Assembly (NCBI GenBank): GCA_037447605.1
Contig: CM074810.1
Location: 3,382,880-3,446,879 of the forward strand
Length of the DNA: 64,000 nucleotides
Reading direction: 5' to 3'
Source of the DNA: Zygnema circumcarinatum SAG 698-1b
Taxonomy: Eukaryota; Plantae; Zygnematophyceae
This document shows positions 27,901 to 54,952 of this stretch, one piece after another. The position numbers and the translations under genes were made by a program. The first letter of the stretch is position 1; each line of letters begins with the position of its first letter. The notes under the pieces were generated by a model. It had not been told where the DNA came from, searched no databases, and saw only the letters and a program-made list of their open reading frames with translations.

Positions 27901-29387
27901 AATATTTCACATTAAACTGTGAATATACATATTTTATTTCCCCCCCCTCTCCNNNNNNNNNNCCCTCCCCCTCCCCTCCTCTAGGTGGTCTAGAGATTCA
28001 GCCCATTCAATCATAGTTCAACTTTTCTCTAGATTCACTAAACAGATGTTTTCACGTGCCTGCCGTTGTACGGAATAAACTTCCAGCAGCAGCGGTGTAA
28101 CTTCTGCCGTTGGGCGACTCGATGCCGGAATCGCGGAAGTGGGGGACCTGCTCTATTACTGCAATGATGTTTTAAGTTCGGGAATTCCGGAAGTCAGTGA
28201 AGTTTTATCCAATCATTTAAGGGAGGTTTTGGTGAAGGACCTCTTATTGAAGTCTTTGGAGGCAGAGCAGGAGCCTCCTTCACCCTCTGTAAGTTTTTTT
28301 TTTCATTTTTTTATCATAACTTGTGGCCCTTTCCAAGTGTCGATAGTGACATTCTGACAGTAAATGCGTATTTACTTTTGAATGGGATTAAGTTAGCCAT
28401 AGGAGCCATAAATTTAGAATGTAAAATGGGACATTAAACTTCGTTTTAATGCCTTTTTTTTCGCAGGCGAAAACTGTCTCTCCTCTTACAGCCATGTATA
28501 TGCTCTCTAGGCTATTTTACATCATCACTTTCAAGCCCCTTTTAAAGTCTATGGTTGCTGATATTTTAAGACCATCAGAAGGAGAGGGGCTCGGGAGAGC
28601 TACAGAAAAATACTCCAAGTCGGCACCTGCCTCTGAGCAAAAGGATACGAGGAATGGGACTCATGCAGAGAGGAGTGGGAGTGAGAGTGGGAGTGGAGGT
28701 AGAGAGAGGAGCGACTCTCAAAGGGTGGAGGAGGGAGAGGCCCCAAGCAGTGTGAGGAGAGATGCGGAAAGTGTCGGTTTGGAACTTGCTCCCTCCGCTA
28801 ATTCATGGTAAATTTTCATGCACAAAATCACGTGATCTATTATTATTAGTTATGATTTTATTTTAGAGTACCTTTAGTTTTTTGGGGTTGCTTATGGAGG
28901 CTGAATTTTGCACTTTATGGCTTAGCTGTCTGTCTGAAACTCCTATATACGTTCCTCTATACATTCCTACATACATTCTTTTGACATTCCTGCATACAGA
29001 CATTCCTATATACATTTCTATATGCAGACCCATATACATTCTTATATACATTCCCATATTACTTTTCCATTATTCCTTAATGTGAGTGGCATATACGAGC
29101 TTTAGCAAGTCCCCTTTGGAGCCCTTTTGATGCTGACGAGGGTGAAGGAGGTGCAGGGAGAGGCTTCTCTCTCATCTTTTGTGCACCAATGAGAGATGGG
29201 TGATGGCCTCATTATCTGTGCTGATTGCTCCTCTGCAAAATTCAGGTAAATTTAAAAGCTTAGTTCGGCATAAAATCCTTGAAGAAATATGTCTGTAGTG
29301 CTGTTCATTTTCGTCTGAAACTTCGTTTCTGAAAGGACGAAACTTGTTGAACTGCTTAAGTTAATGAGAAAACCTCACATAGGTTGG

Positions 29388-29431
<44 letters not shown>

Positions 29432-32400
29432 GGGTCTAAAAACCCTAAAAATAAGTAATTTGAGAAATGACAAACGTAAAATTTGAAACGCGGCCCTTCG
29501 TTTTGATTGGTCGGTAACTTGAATTACAAAAAAAAGGGGCTACTTTTGGGGACTTATTAATGAGGACCCTGTTTCATATAGAAGCTCTTGAAAATGGAAA
29601 TTAGGGTTTGTGGATATATGGGTAAATTTTACAGCCATGGACGATGCCCTTTTGGACCAATTGGGGGTCCTTCCACGGCGGAAACGGCACAAACAACTTC
29701 TATTGGTAAAAAAATCCTCACAAAAAACTCTGCATTCTTCCCTGTTTTAGTAGACAGGAAATTAGTCACTCAGCACAGGGAGATGTCTGGATGCCTTTTT
29801 TTTTCTTCTGATGGTGAGTACTATGTTCAGAGGAATGTCCTAATGTTAGGGAGGACAAAAGGAAGATTTGTGGCATTGAGTTTCATATGTAAGCCTGCTT
29901 TCTATACAGATATGAACATAAAAACAGCCTAAATTGCAGGAGAAGTTTTGAATTTGCCCACATTATGTGTTCACAGTTCCTGTATTTCACTTTCATTCAT
30001 GTTCACATTGCACTCTATACTATACTCCGCTTGTTCCATGCAAACTATGATACACATATACACATATATATATACATATATATATACATATATATGTGCA
30101 CTTATACATATATATTAATTGTATTTCTTACCTGGCTGTATCTATGTGGGCTTTACCTCACCACCTCACCATTATGGAGAGGGGCTTTTGGCTTCAGCAC
30201 GCTCTGATGAGCAGCAAATCGGACGAAGAGCTGCGAGAGCTGCTCTCTGCATCTTCAGAATCGACAGATGAAAGTTTTGAGCTAAGGCATGGAGTCTCAA
30301 TGGAGGATCTTGAAGAGTTCAAGGTGTGCTTTACACTCTCCCTCTCCCTCTCCCTCTCCTCCTCCCTCTCCCTCTCCCCTCTCCACCTCTCCCTCTCCCT
30401 CTCCCTCTCCCTCTCCCTCTCCCTCTCCTCTCCCTCCTCCCTCTCCCTCTCCCTCTCCTCTCCTCTCCCTCTCCTCTCCCTCTCTCCCTCTCCCTCTCCT
30501 CTCCCTCTCCCTCTCCTCTCCCTCTCCCTCCTCCCTCTCCCTCTCCCTCTCCCTCTCCCTCTCCCTCTCCCTCCTCCCTCTCCCTCCTCTCCTCTCCCTC
30601 TCCCTCTCCCTCTCCCTCTCCCTCTCCTCTCCTCTCCCTCTCTCCCTCTCCTCTCCCTCTCCCTCTCCTCTCCTCCCCTCTCCTCTCCCTCTCCTCCCTC
30701 CCTCTCCCTCTCCCTCTCCCTCTCCCTCTCCTCTCCCTCTCTCCCTCTCCCTCTCCTCTCCCTCTCCCTCTCCTCTCCCTCCTCCTCTCCCTCTCCTCTC
30801 CTCTCCTCTCCCTCTCTCCTCTCCCTCTCCCCTCTCCACCTCTCCCTCTCCCTCCTCCCTCTCCCTCTCCTCTCCCTCCTCCTCTCCCTCTCCCTCTCCC
30901 TCTCCCTCTCCCTCTCCCTCTCCCTCTCCCTCCCTCTCTCCCTCTCCCTCTCCCTCTCCCTCTCCCTCTCCTCTCCTCTCCCTCTCCCTCTCCCCTCTCC
31001 ACTCTCCCTCTCCTGCCTCTCCTCCCTCCCTCTCCCTCTCCCTCTCCTCTCCTCCCTCTCCCTCTCTCCCTCTCTCCCTCTCCCTCTCCCTCTCCTCTCC
31101 CTCCTCCCTCCTCCTCTCCCTCTCTCCCTCTCTCCCTCTCCCTCTCCCTCCTCCCCTCTCCTCCTCCCTCTCCCTCTCCTCCCTCTCCCTCTCCACTCTC
31201 CTCTCCCTCTCCCTCTCTCCCTCTCCCTCTCCCTCCTCCCTCCCTCTCCCTCTCCTCTCCCCTCTCCCTCTCCCTCTCCCTCTCCCTCTCCCTCCTCTCT
31301 CCCTCTCCCTCTCCCTCTTCCCTCTCCCTCTCCTTCTCCCTCTCCCTCTCCCTTTCTTCAGTATATGTCCTCATTCCCCTCGTTCTGTGTATCTATGTTC
31401 CGTTGAACTCTTCAAAATACCCTTCCCTCGTTCTATGTAGTACCTATGTTCCGTACCAACTGACTTTTCATTCTCATGGAGAGATGTTTGGGTAACAGAG
31501 ATTACATGTAGACGGAGGGGCAGAAGAAGGGGTGCCAGTTCTACGGCAAGCGGCCGCAGGACTGAACGGAGAACTGGAGAGCATGGAACCCCCATGCACG
31601 TGTGTTGCAGCAGGACTGGGCTCACAGAATGGACAACGGAACTTCTTGAGAAATGGGATCTCAAAACAGGTCCGATAACGGTTATTCTTAGCAGGCAAAA
31701 AAACATGCTATTTAACAAATGATAACCCTAATTTTTCTAGGTTTACCCATGGACCTATTCCTTACTCTGTTCCAATTGCACGTCCTTGTTTTCAGAAGTC
31801 AGGTGTTGGCTTCATGATGTGATAATTTTTGGGTTTGGAAAAAGGTTTTATTGGGGCTTATGGGGAGCTTTATGCACTGCAGAAAAAGTGCAGTTGTGGG
31901 AGCGAGAGAAATAGAGAGCTCCATGCAGTGCTTTCCAGGAATCGGAAGCAGGTGATGCTCCTTAAAACCTCAAAAAACTTCTCGTAGAACAACTATTCGT
32001 TTATCTCTGACTTTGTTACTTTTCTTCCTCTATTCGACATCATTGAATCACTCTAGACCTCGTAATACAGCTTTAAGCTCTCTCGTATCCACTGGAAACC
32101 GCAGGAGTTCGAACCGATCTCGATTACGATTAGTGTGATTTTGACTTTTGTGATGTTGATTCCCGTGATTTTTTTTTTGACTTTTTTTTTTGATTTTTTG
32201 TTGGAAGCAGGTTCTGGATTCCCTCGTGGTTTTGCTCTGCCGGAGACCCCCTCCTTGCGCGGAGGCCCTTTGGCACGCAGGATGGCTCCTTCGGCAGCTT
32301 CTCCCCCACCGCCAAGAGCACAAACTCAGCCCCCCCCGACTCAAACTGCTTAATGTAAGTCACCTAGTTAGCCAGTTAGTCAGTTATCTAGTCAGCTAGT

Positions 32401-33427
32401 TAGCCATTTAATCAGTTAGCTAATTAGTCAATTAGTCATTTAGTCAGTTAGCTAGTTAGCCAGTTAGCATATAGCTAGTTAATCAGTTAATCAGTTAGCC
32501 AGTTAGCTAGTTAGCTAGTTAGTCAGTCACCTAGTTAGTTAGCTAGTCAGCCAGTCAATTGGTCGGTCGGTTGGTGGGTTGGTTGTGTCAGTTGATCGTT
32601 AGTTGTCGCTCCGTTGTTTTGGTTATCGTCATTACATTTTACATCGGTTCGGTCGGTTGCATGAAGTAGGCATCGACTCCAAAATCTCAAAAGCCTAATT
32701 CAGCAGAATTGGGTCTTGCGAATTATCCTAAGAGATGTTTACATCCTTAATCTCTGCCGCCCATCTCTTGTTGGTGTGTAAATAATACTACTTGCAGGGT
32801 GCCTACAGCGCTGCGAGGGAAGACCTCGCGGCGGAGCTCGTGGACTGTTGGTGCGATCTGCTCCCCTCCGTCATCACGGAGGAGTGGAAGACGTGCAGGA
32901 AAGGTGTGTGGAAGAGAGAGGGGGAGAGGGGGAGAGGGGGAGAGAGAGAGAGGGGAGAGAGGGAGGGAGGGAGAGGGGAAGGGAGGGAAGTGGAGGGGGG
33001 GAAGGAGGGGAGATGGGGGGTGGGGTGTTTGTGGGGGGTCGGAGGTTGGGGGGGGTGTGGGGGGATGTGGGTGGGAGTGGTGGGGCTGGTGGGGGTGGGT
33101 GTGTGGTTATTGGGGGAGGGAGGAAGGGGGGGGGGAAAGGGAGGGGGTAGGGAGGGGAAGGTGGGGGGAGAGGGGAGTGAAGGGGAGGGGATAGGGGAAG
33201 GGGCGAAGGGCGAAATGACTCTTTAGAAATGTACACACTCCTCATGTTAAATTTACATCTGCTATTGCTAATCCTTAACTGCGAGAGGGAGAGTGGCATT
33301 TTTTACTTGATGGGAGGCAGCTCTGGAGACGCCCTCCCTTCAGAAGGACTCGTCCTATGTGCTCATACCCAGTTCGGTGACGGTAGCGGCTGATGGTAGG
33401 GCTCGTGGACCTGCACGGGAGAAGAGC

Positions 33428-33458
<31 letters not shown>

Positions 33459-35042
33459 CCCCTTTCCCGTCCAATGTTTCTCTCCTTCTCGTTCTCTTTC
33501 CTCCCCCCCTCTCTCGCCCTTTTCCTCCCTCTCGCTCTCAACGACAGTTTCAAAGCTGAGTTGCATCCGGCTTCTGCATGACTTTCACTCCAGTACGGAG
33601 GAGCAGCCTTGTAGGTGACATTTCAGTTTTTTTGGCGTGAATATTTGATGATAGTATGAATTCCATGGTGCAGGGGATACATCATCTGCCGCTTTAGGGG
33701 AACGCATGCGAACATCCGTTAAGGTATGCATAACTTAAAAGTGGGCTCTTCATCATAAGCCTCTATCAATAGCACTACCTTTCCCCTCCTCCTGCCCTCT
33801 CACGCCATCCTTTTCTCGCTTGCCCTCTCCCACTCTCTCCTTTCGAATCGTCCTCCCCTCCTCCCTTTCCCTCGCTCCCTCCCTTTCCTCCTCTCCTTTC
33901 TGACCGCTTTTTTCTCAGGAGATAGCTACACTTCCCAGGCCTCGAGATTTGTAAAGCAGAGTTTCGTCAAAACCAGCATCACCTTACTAGCGGCATGACC
34001 TTAGTCTAACCATACAAAATGCCTAAAAAGCTAAATGAAGTAAGAAATGCCACCATGTTGTAATGTATTTTCCTCTTATCCTTATCATTATTCCTCTTTC
34101 ATATTCTACCACTTTTAGGTTTTTGTGGCTCTTCACCAACTACGGAAGCTCATTCAAGACGGGCCTGTTCCAGAAATCCCTCCCTTGTCTCAAGCTTCTC
34201 CTCCCCCCCCCCAAGCAAGAACAGGAAGGAAGGGAATTAGCTTGGCTTCCGTACAAGAGGGAGTGGAGCTTCCATTGAGTGAGTCTTCAATCCCTTTTAA
34301 GTACCCTAAAATGCTCTCCAGAATCTAACCCTAACGTGCTTGTAAAACTCTTCATAAGCCCACATTTCCTCTAGTTACTTCAAAAACTGAATTCCTGAAA
34401 CTGAAACTGTGACTGAGTTCTATGGGCCGGAGCAGTGCCGGGAGAAGCTATGGCGTGCCGAGTAGCCTTCGAGAGAGGGAAGGAACGCTCTGTACTCCTA
34501 ATGGTAGCGTCCAATGAAGGAGCAGGTTTTCTCCTCCTTTCCGAAGCTCTTCCGAAGCAAGGCCAGGGAGTGGTTCGGGTTGTCGCCCCTCTCGCAGGCT
34601 CCCGGGTGAGTCCCTCATGTTCCATGCAGACTTTCCCTTCTCCGTTAAACGGACTATATGTAACAAACCGTATGACTGACACCCCACATGGAAACCTCTC
34701 ATAGGAACTTCTCCTCCCTTCTTTATTGTGACGCAGCCCACAAATGACAAGCGGCACAATAAGTGGCTTCACCTCCGAATCAGGTCTCCCCAGCTCCCTT
34801 CTGCAGATGCGGGAACCCTAAATTCAGCCTCCCTTCAAGGTTCCCGCGCCCGAACTAAGAGGCTGGCGGATGGGAGATGGACTTTGGCTTTTCCCGATGA
34901 CCAAAAGGCAAAGCAGGCGCAGTTAGCAGTGCTGGAGGAGATCTGCATTCAAAGCAATGCTCTAAGGCAGATGTTGGAGCCGCTGCTGGGCCCCATTGAG
35001 CCCTTCAAGCTGGAGGACCAATGGGGGCCCGCTCTGCAGTAG
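24903..35042 (+). CDS. TT9: TRANSPARENT TESTA 9 / GFS9 / CLEC16A family (FPL domain) vacuolar trafficking-autophagy protein
   Basis: About 20 exons read: [134 protein letters not shown], and final exon KWLHLRIR...LADGRWTLAFPD...QWGPALQ*. Some internal exon edges are approximate. Confidence 0.93.
30326..31355 (+). repeat. ~1-kb (CTCTCC)n polypyrimidine tract in a TT9 intron
   Basis: Starts within ~15 nt of the donor AAG|GTGTGC (30323). Similar tracts at 51308-52035, 52262-52760, 48360-49165 (purine strand) and 39725-40200. Confidence 0.95.
32385..32560 (+). repeat. (TTAG/TCAG/CTAG)n 4-bp-period tract in a TT9 intron
   Basis: Read directly. Other simple intronic repeats: (TTCCG)n 50695-50925, (TGTAT/TGTC)n 9700-9810, (CTAA)n 41920-41970. 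Confidence 0.85.
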
Positions 35043-35870
35043 GGGGTGAGTGTGGAGGAGAGCGGCTGCCTTTCTATGCGGCTGTTGTATATAATTAGAT
35101 AAAGTATGGTGGCCTTCTGATGATGATCTATGATGTTTCCATGTGACTTGTCCTGTTCTTTGTTTGGTTTGACTCTGGTGAAATTTGCGGACAACATGTG
35201 GAGAGGGCAGGGCTGTCTCCTCACCATTTCCCTTTCAACATTTCTCTTATTGAGTACTGGGCCCAATTCGCCAAAAGTGAAGTATCAGATATCCCGCAAT
35301 ATCTCGATAGGTACAATGGACTCGCTCAAGTGCCGTGTTATATGTCCATTTAAAAGTGGTAGCAAACAAAAGACATGGAAATCAATGAGACACATGCCAA
35401 TACTTTCACTTTCATTTGAATCGATCAACGCAGTGCCCCATAGCATCCCACGGAGGTGTACGGACAACCTGCCGTACAGGACACCATATGGTCACCGGTT
35501 GATTAAAAACTATGGTATCAGAATTCTGTGAGAATTTGTAGTTGCTAAAATCCTTAAAGTCCGCAACTTCCTATAAATTTTACTATTTTTTTTTACTATA
35601 AGGAGAGAGTTAGAAATCACTTTTGATGAGATTACAAATGCAATGGTCGCCGAGTAGACACCCCAAAAGAAGCAGCAAGAAGAAGCACATGGTGACCTTG
35701 CTGCTGCATTCTATTTCACACAATCAGCATTAAAACTCTAAAAACCTAAAGACCCAAAAGTCCCTACGAGACTCGAAATCCCTTAGAGACCTTACAAACC
35801 CTAAAAAAACCCAAAAAAATATTCCACAAATGTCACATCTCACTGTATCATTATTATTTCCGTTAAAATC

Positions 35871-45613
<9,743 letters not shown>

Positions 45614-46044
45614 GGCTGGCGCGGGGCGGAGCTCAGTCCTCGTCCAGTCAAGCCCTAATACAGCGAAAATCAGGGCGCCAATGACCAATCAGAGAATGCC
45701 ACATCAGCACGTTTGCCCACGTGGCAGTCGTGGGCTCCTCCGCCGCTTGACGACGGACCCTGAGGGCCAATCGCGTAGCTTGGCATTGCTGACCATGACG
45801 TCACTTACCGTACATTGCATGACGTAAGCATATGTCATGAAGGGAAACCTTGGAGACGTATGCGGTCCAGGGCGGGTTCCGTAATAAATGAGCACTGAAA
45901 AAAATACACATTGCATACGTCATAACGAACCGGGGCGCGGTTTGTTCGTACACTATTCGTTAGGACGTGACGTCAGCGTGATCAAGTTGAGTTGACCTTC
46001 GTACGGTACGGAGATCGCATCGCTCCAGAGTACCAGAGTAGGGA

Positions 46045-46499
46045 TGGCCCGCGTTATAAATTCCGAATATATTATATAATTTACAACGGGTTTAAAATTA
46101 GTAATATATTACAAAGTAACACACTTTATTACATATATTATACCCAATCGTTTTGAACAACTAACGACCGTACCACCGTACTCGTACGGTCATACGGTCG
46201 TACCATACCAAAATTAGGTCGTTTTGGCGTTGGCGTTGCGAAATGCGTTCGTCTGGTTTTCTCTGTCTGCTCGTGCTCGGGCCGCAAAATACCGTACAGT
46301 CGTTTTTAGGGTTTTTAGGGTTTTTAGGGTTTGTAGGGTTTTTAGGGTTTTTAGGGTTTTTAGGTCGGTCGTAAGGTCGTTAATTGTTCAAAACGAGTGG
46401 GTATAATATATGTAATAAAGTGTTTTACTCTGTAATATATTACTACTTTTAAACCCGTTGTAAAATATATAATTTATTCGGAATTTATAACGCGGGCCA
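46045..46499. mobile_element. MITE-like element with ~125-bp TIRs and an internal (TTTTTAGGG)n tract
   Basis: 46045-46170 (TGGCCCGCGTTATAAATTCCGAAT...) is inversely repeated at 46375-46499. Internal 9-mer array at 46305-46362. No clear TSD. Confidence 0.75.
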
Positions 46500-46854
46500 A
46501 CTCTGGACTCCAGAGTTGGCAAAAAGTCCGTACAAGGGACTTTTAGGGTGCGTTTTCATGTAGGGAGAGGGATAGGGAGAAGAGGGGGAGGGAGAGGGGG
46601 AAGGAGCGGGGGAGGGAGAGGGGGAGGGAGCGGGGGAGGGAGCGGGGGAGGGAGAGGGGGAGGGAGCGGGGGAGGAGAACNNNNNNNNNNGAGGGAGAGG
46701 GAGAGGGAGAGGGAGAGGGAGCGGGGGAGGGAGCGGGGAAGGGAGCGGGGAAGGGAGAGGGAGAGGGAGAGGGAGAGGGAGAGGGAGAGGCAGAGGGAGA
46801 GGGAGAGGGAGAGGGAGAAGGGGAGAAGAGTCCCCCCTCGGTCTTAAAATTCAT

Positions 46855-47095
46855 TCTCATAGTGCGACAATTTTTCAATGAGCGACACATTTCGTATAGT
46901 GCTTCAATTGCTCATAGAGCGACACATTTCTTATAGTGCGACAATTGCTCATAAAGAGACACATTTCCTCATAGTGCGACAATTTCTCATAGAGCGACAC
47001 ATTTCTCATAGTGCGACGATTTCTCATAGAGCGACACATTTCTCATAGTGCGACAATTTCTCATAGAGCGACACATTTCTTATAGTGCGACGATT
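46855..47095 (+). repeat. Minisatellite of alternating 18/19-bp subunits CTCATAGTGCGACAATTT / CTCATAGAGCGACACATTT
   Basis: About 13 subunits in the RLK-methyltransferase divergent intergenic region. Confidence 0.9.
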
Positions 47096-47550
47096 CCTTT
47101 TTGTCCGACACATGTCTCATATTGCAAAAAACATATCATAGTGCGATGAATGTCTCATTGTGCGACTGTCATGCGACGTCGCGCACACCATGCGATAAAC
47201 TCCTGCGGTTCTCAGGGCTCCACGTAGTCGCCATACGCATGTACGGATACCTTACGGTACTATGACAGTTCCCGTGAACCTCAACGGGCCCCATAACTTG
47301 CTGAATTTGCGACCACGGAACAGGCCTCCCCGTTACGGAGTGTCAACCATTGTCAATATTTTTCAGAACGAGTACTTCACATGCCGCCTCAATACTTAAT
47401 GTCGTGACATGCATATACGGATTTTTTAATCTTATCCACCGGCAAATATCAAAGGTTGGCAGACTACTACTACTTTTTCTGAAGCACCTTCACGTTACAC
47501 TCTCTCCCTCCTTCCCCCCTCTCTTCTCTGTGTCTCCCTCCCTCACTTCC

Positions 47551-53090
<5,540 letters not shown>

Positions 53091-53559
53091 GGGCCTCCCA
53101 TTGGCCAGTGGGAGCTTCGGGCAGGCAATTAATTTTTGGTTCGGGCAGGCATTGGGTTGAACAGGGAGGGCAGCATAGGAACGGGGATGGGAGGGAGAGG
53201 GAGAGGGAGAGGGAGNNNNNNNNNNAGAGGGAGAGGGAGAGGGAGAGGGAGAGGGAGGGACGTTGATTTTTGTTTTTTTTTCTTTTTTCTATTTGTAAAT
53301 TCTCCAATTTAGGTTTTGTTGCACTTTATGTTTTTGTGGATGGCAGAGGATGGGGTTTCGGGTTTAGCCCTTTATTTGACAATAAATTTACAATTTCCTA
53401 TATTGAATACAAATCCCCTTCGAATGATGTCCAATTTTGACTACATCTCCATCATTGGCGTCATATTTGGCGACTCTGCCAACCATTGCTAAAGATTGTA
53501 AACATTGCACAGTTCGGACCAGTGGATCGGCAACCATTGGACAACCATTGGATGGCAAT

Positions 53560-54260
53560 GGTTGGACGTCTACTGGTTGGCAACCAGTCGACTGGTTTGG
53601 AACCAGTGGATGCCACTGGTTGGCAACCAGTCGAATGGTTGTTTCGATCCGGCGGCACTGGTTGGCAACCAGTCGAATGGTTATATCCATTAAATCAAAT
53701 GGTTGGCAACCATTAAATCACTAGTTGTAGCGAACTGAACGCTACAGCTACCAAAATGCCGTCGGCGTTTCGGAGAAAACTATTACGGTTCGGCCGTACA
53801 GAGTCTCCGTACAATCATACGAATCGGCTGTACGAATCCGTACGCATCTGTACGCATCAGGCTTGTTACACTAGTTGTCAACGGTTGGCAACCCACCAAA
53901 AAACACATACGACCCATTTTTGCAAAAAGGCATAATTTCAGAAATTCAATGGTTGCCAACCATTGGATCACTGGTTCCGAACCAGTCGAATGGTTGTTTC
54001 AGTCCTGCGCCACTGGTTGGCAACCAGTCGAATGGTTGTTTCGATCCGGCGGCACTGGTTGGCAACCAGTCGAATGGTTGTTTCGGTCCGCAACCACTGG
54101 TTGGCAACCAGTCGACTGGTTTGTCTAATGGTCCGATCTGTGAAACATTGGATTCAATAGTTGCCAACCATTGGCAGTGATTCCATCCATTGGATACAAT
54201 GGTTGCCAACCACTGGCAGTGGTTCCATCCATTGGATACAATGGTTGCCAACCACTGGCA
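53560..54260. repeat. 42-bp-period tandem array of the palindrome TGGTTG(G/C)CAACCA
   Basis: The motif starts at 53574, 53617, 53659, 53700, 54014, 54056 and 54098 (centre G) and at 53950, 54158, 54200 and 54242 (centre C). Degenerate copies extend from ~53470 to ~54560. Confidence 0.85.
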
Positions 54261-54334
54261 GTGGTTAGATTCATCGGATTCAATGGTTCCATTGGGCTTG
54301 GTCTCATCCATTGGATTTAATAGTTTTCAACCCT

Positions 54335-54405
54335 TGCTAATGGTTTAATGGCAAAAACAAGTCTCTCCGATCGAGTACGGGACGTGAGTTCGAATCCATG
54401 AGTCG
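54335..54405 (+). pseudogene. Degenerate tRNA-like / tRNA-derived SINE head (Pol III A and B boxes)
   Basis: A-box-like TGGTTTAATGG at 54341-54351 followed by CAAAAA (D-arm-like), and B-box GAGTTCGAATCC at 54386-54397. The anticodon, T and acceptor stems do not pair properly. Confidence 0.4.
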
Positions 54406-54629
54406 TACAAAATTTTGCACCAGTAATGGCTGCCAACGGTTGGCGTGGGACTGGATACCAAAGGTCGCAACCATTGGACACCAATGGTTGCACCATTCCA
54501 ATGGTTGCCAGCCACTGGACGGCCAACCATTGTACGGCCAACCATTGCCGACCAACGGTCCCACCAGTGGAACTCCCCCAGCCGTGCCCTGAACCCTACC
54601 CTGCTCCACGCCGCGCTCTGAACCCCCCC

Positions 54630-54940
54630 CCGCCTAAACCCTAAACCCTGAACCCTGAACCCTGAACCCTGAACCCTAAACCTTAAACCCTGAACCCTTA
54701 AACCCGAAACCCTACAGCCTACACACTGAACCTGACCCTAAACCCTGAACCGTCAACCGTAAACCCGAAATCCTGTACCCTGAAACCTGAACTCCAAACC
54801 CTAAACCCTGAATCCTGAACCCTAAACCTTAATCCCTAAACCCTACACCCTGAACCCTGACCCTAAACCCTGAACCCTAAACCCTAAGTCCTAAACCCTC
54901 AACCCTCAACCCTAAACTCTGAAGCCTAAACCCTCAACCC
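54630..54940 (+). promoter_or_regulatory. Degenerate (CCCTRAA)n telo-box array immediately upstream of the TAF1B ATG
   Basis: AACCCTAAA/AACCCTGAA 7-mers end ~15 nt before ATG 54953. Regulatory role is inferred from plant telo-box knowledge. Confidence 0.6.
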
Positions 54941-54952
54941 TCTGTGCCGGCC

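Noticed and set aside
29751-29813. Possible extra TT9 exon needing a non-canonical AC acceptor or a frameshift
   Set aside because: Direct phase-0 splicing from 29705 to the CAG|CAC acceptor near 30199 gives LLL-HALM...EEL, matching the family pattern, so no anomaly is needed.
30096-31495. Long ORFs (436, 383, 389, 347 aa) of S/P/L or E/R/G repeats resembling extensins
   Set aside because: They are stop-free translations of the intronic (CTCTCC)n tract after the TT9 donor at 30323. The same applies to 9879-10771, 39530-40314, 48385-49191, 51198-52831 and 62763-63321.
32095-32120. B-box-like GAGTTCGAACC
   Set aside because: No upstream A box or cloverleaf; it lies in a TT9 intron and is likely chance.
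53388-54644. ORFs with QPVDWLPTSG / LVGNQSNG repeats
   Set aside because: They are by-products of the 42-bp unit, open in several frames on both strands, with no splice or start context.
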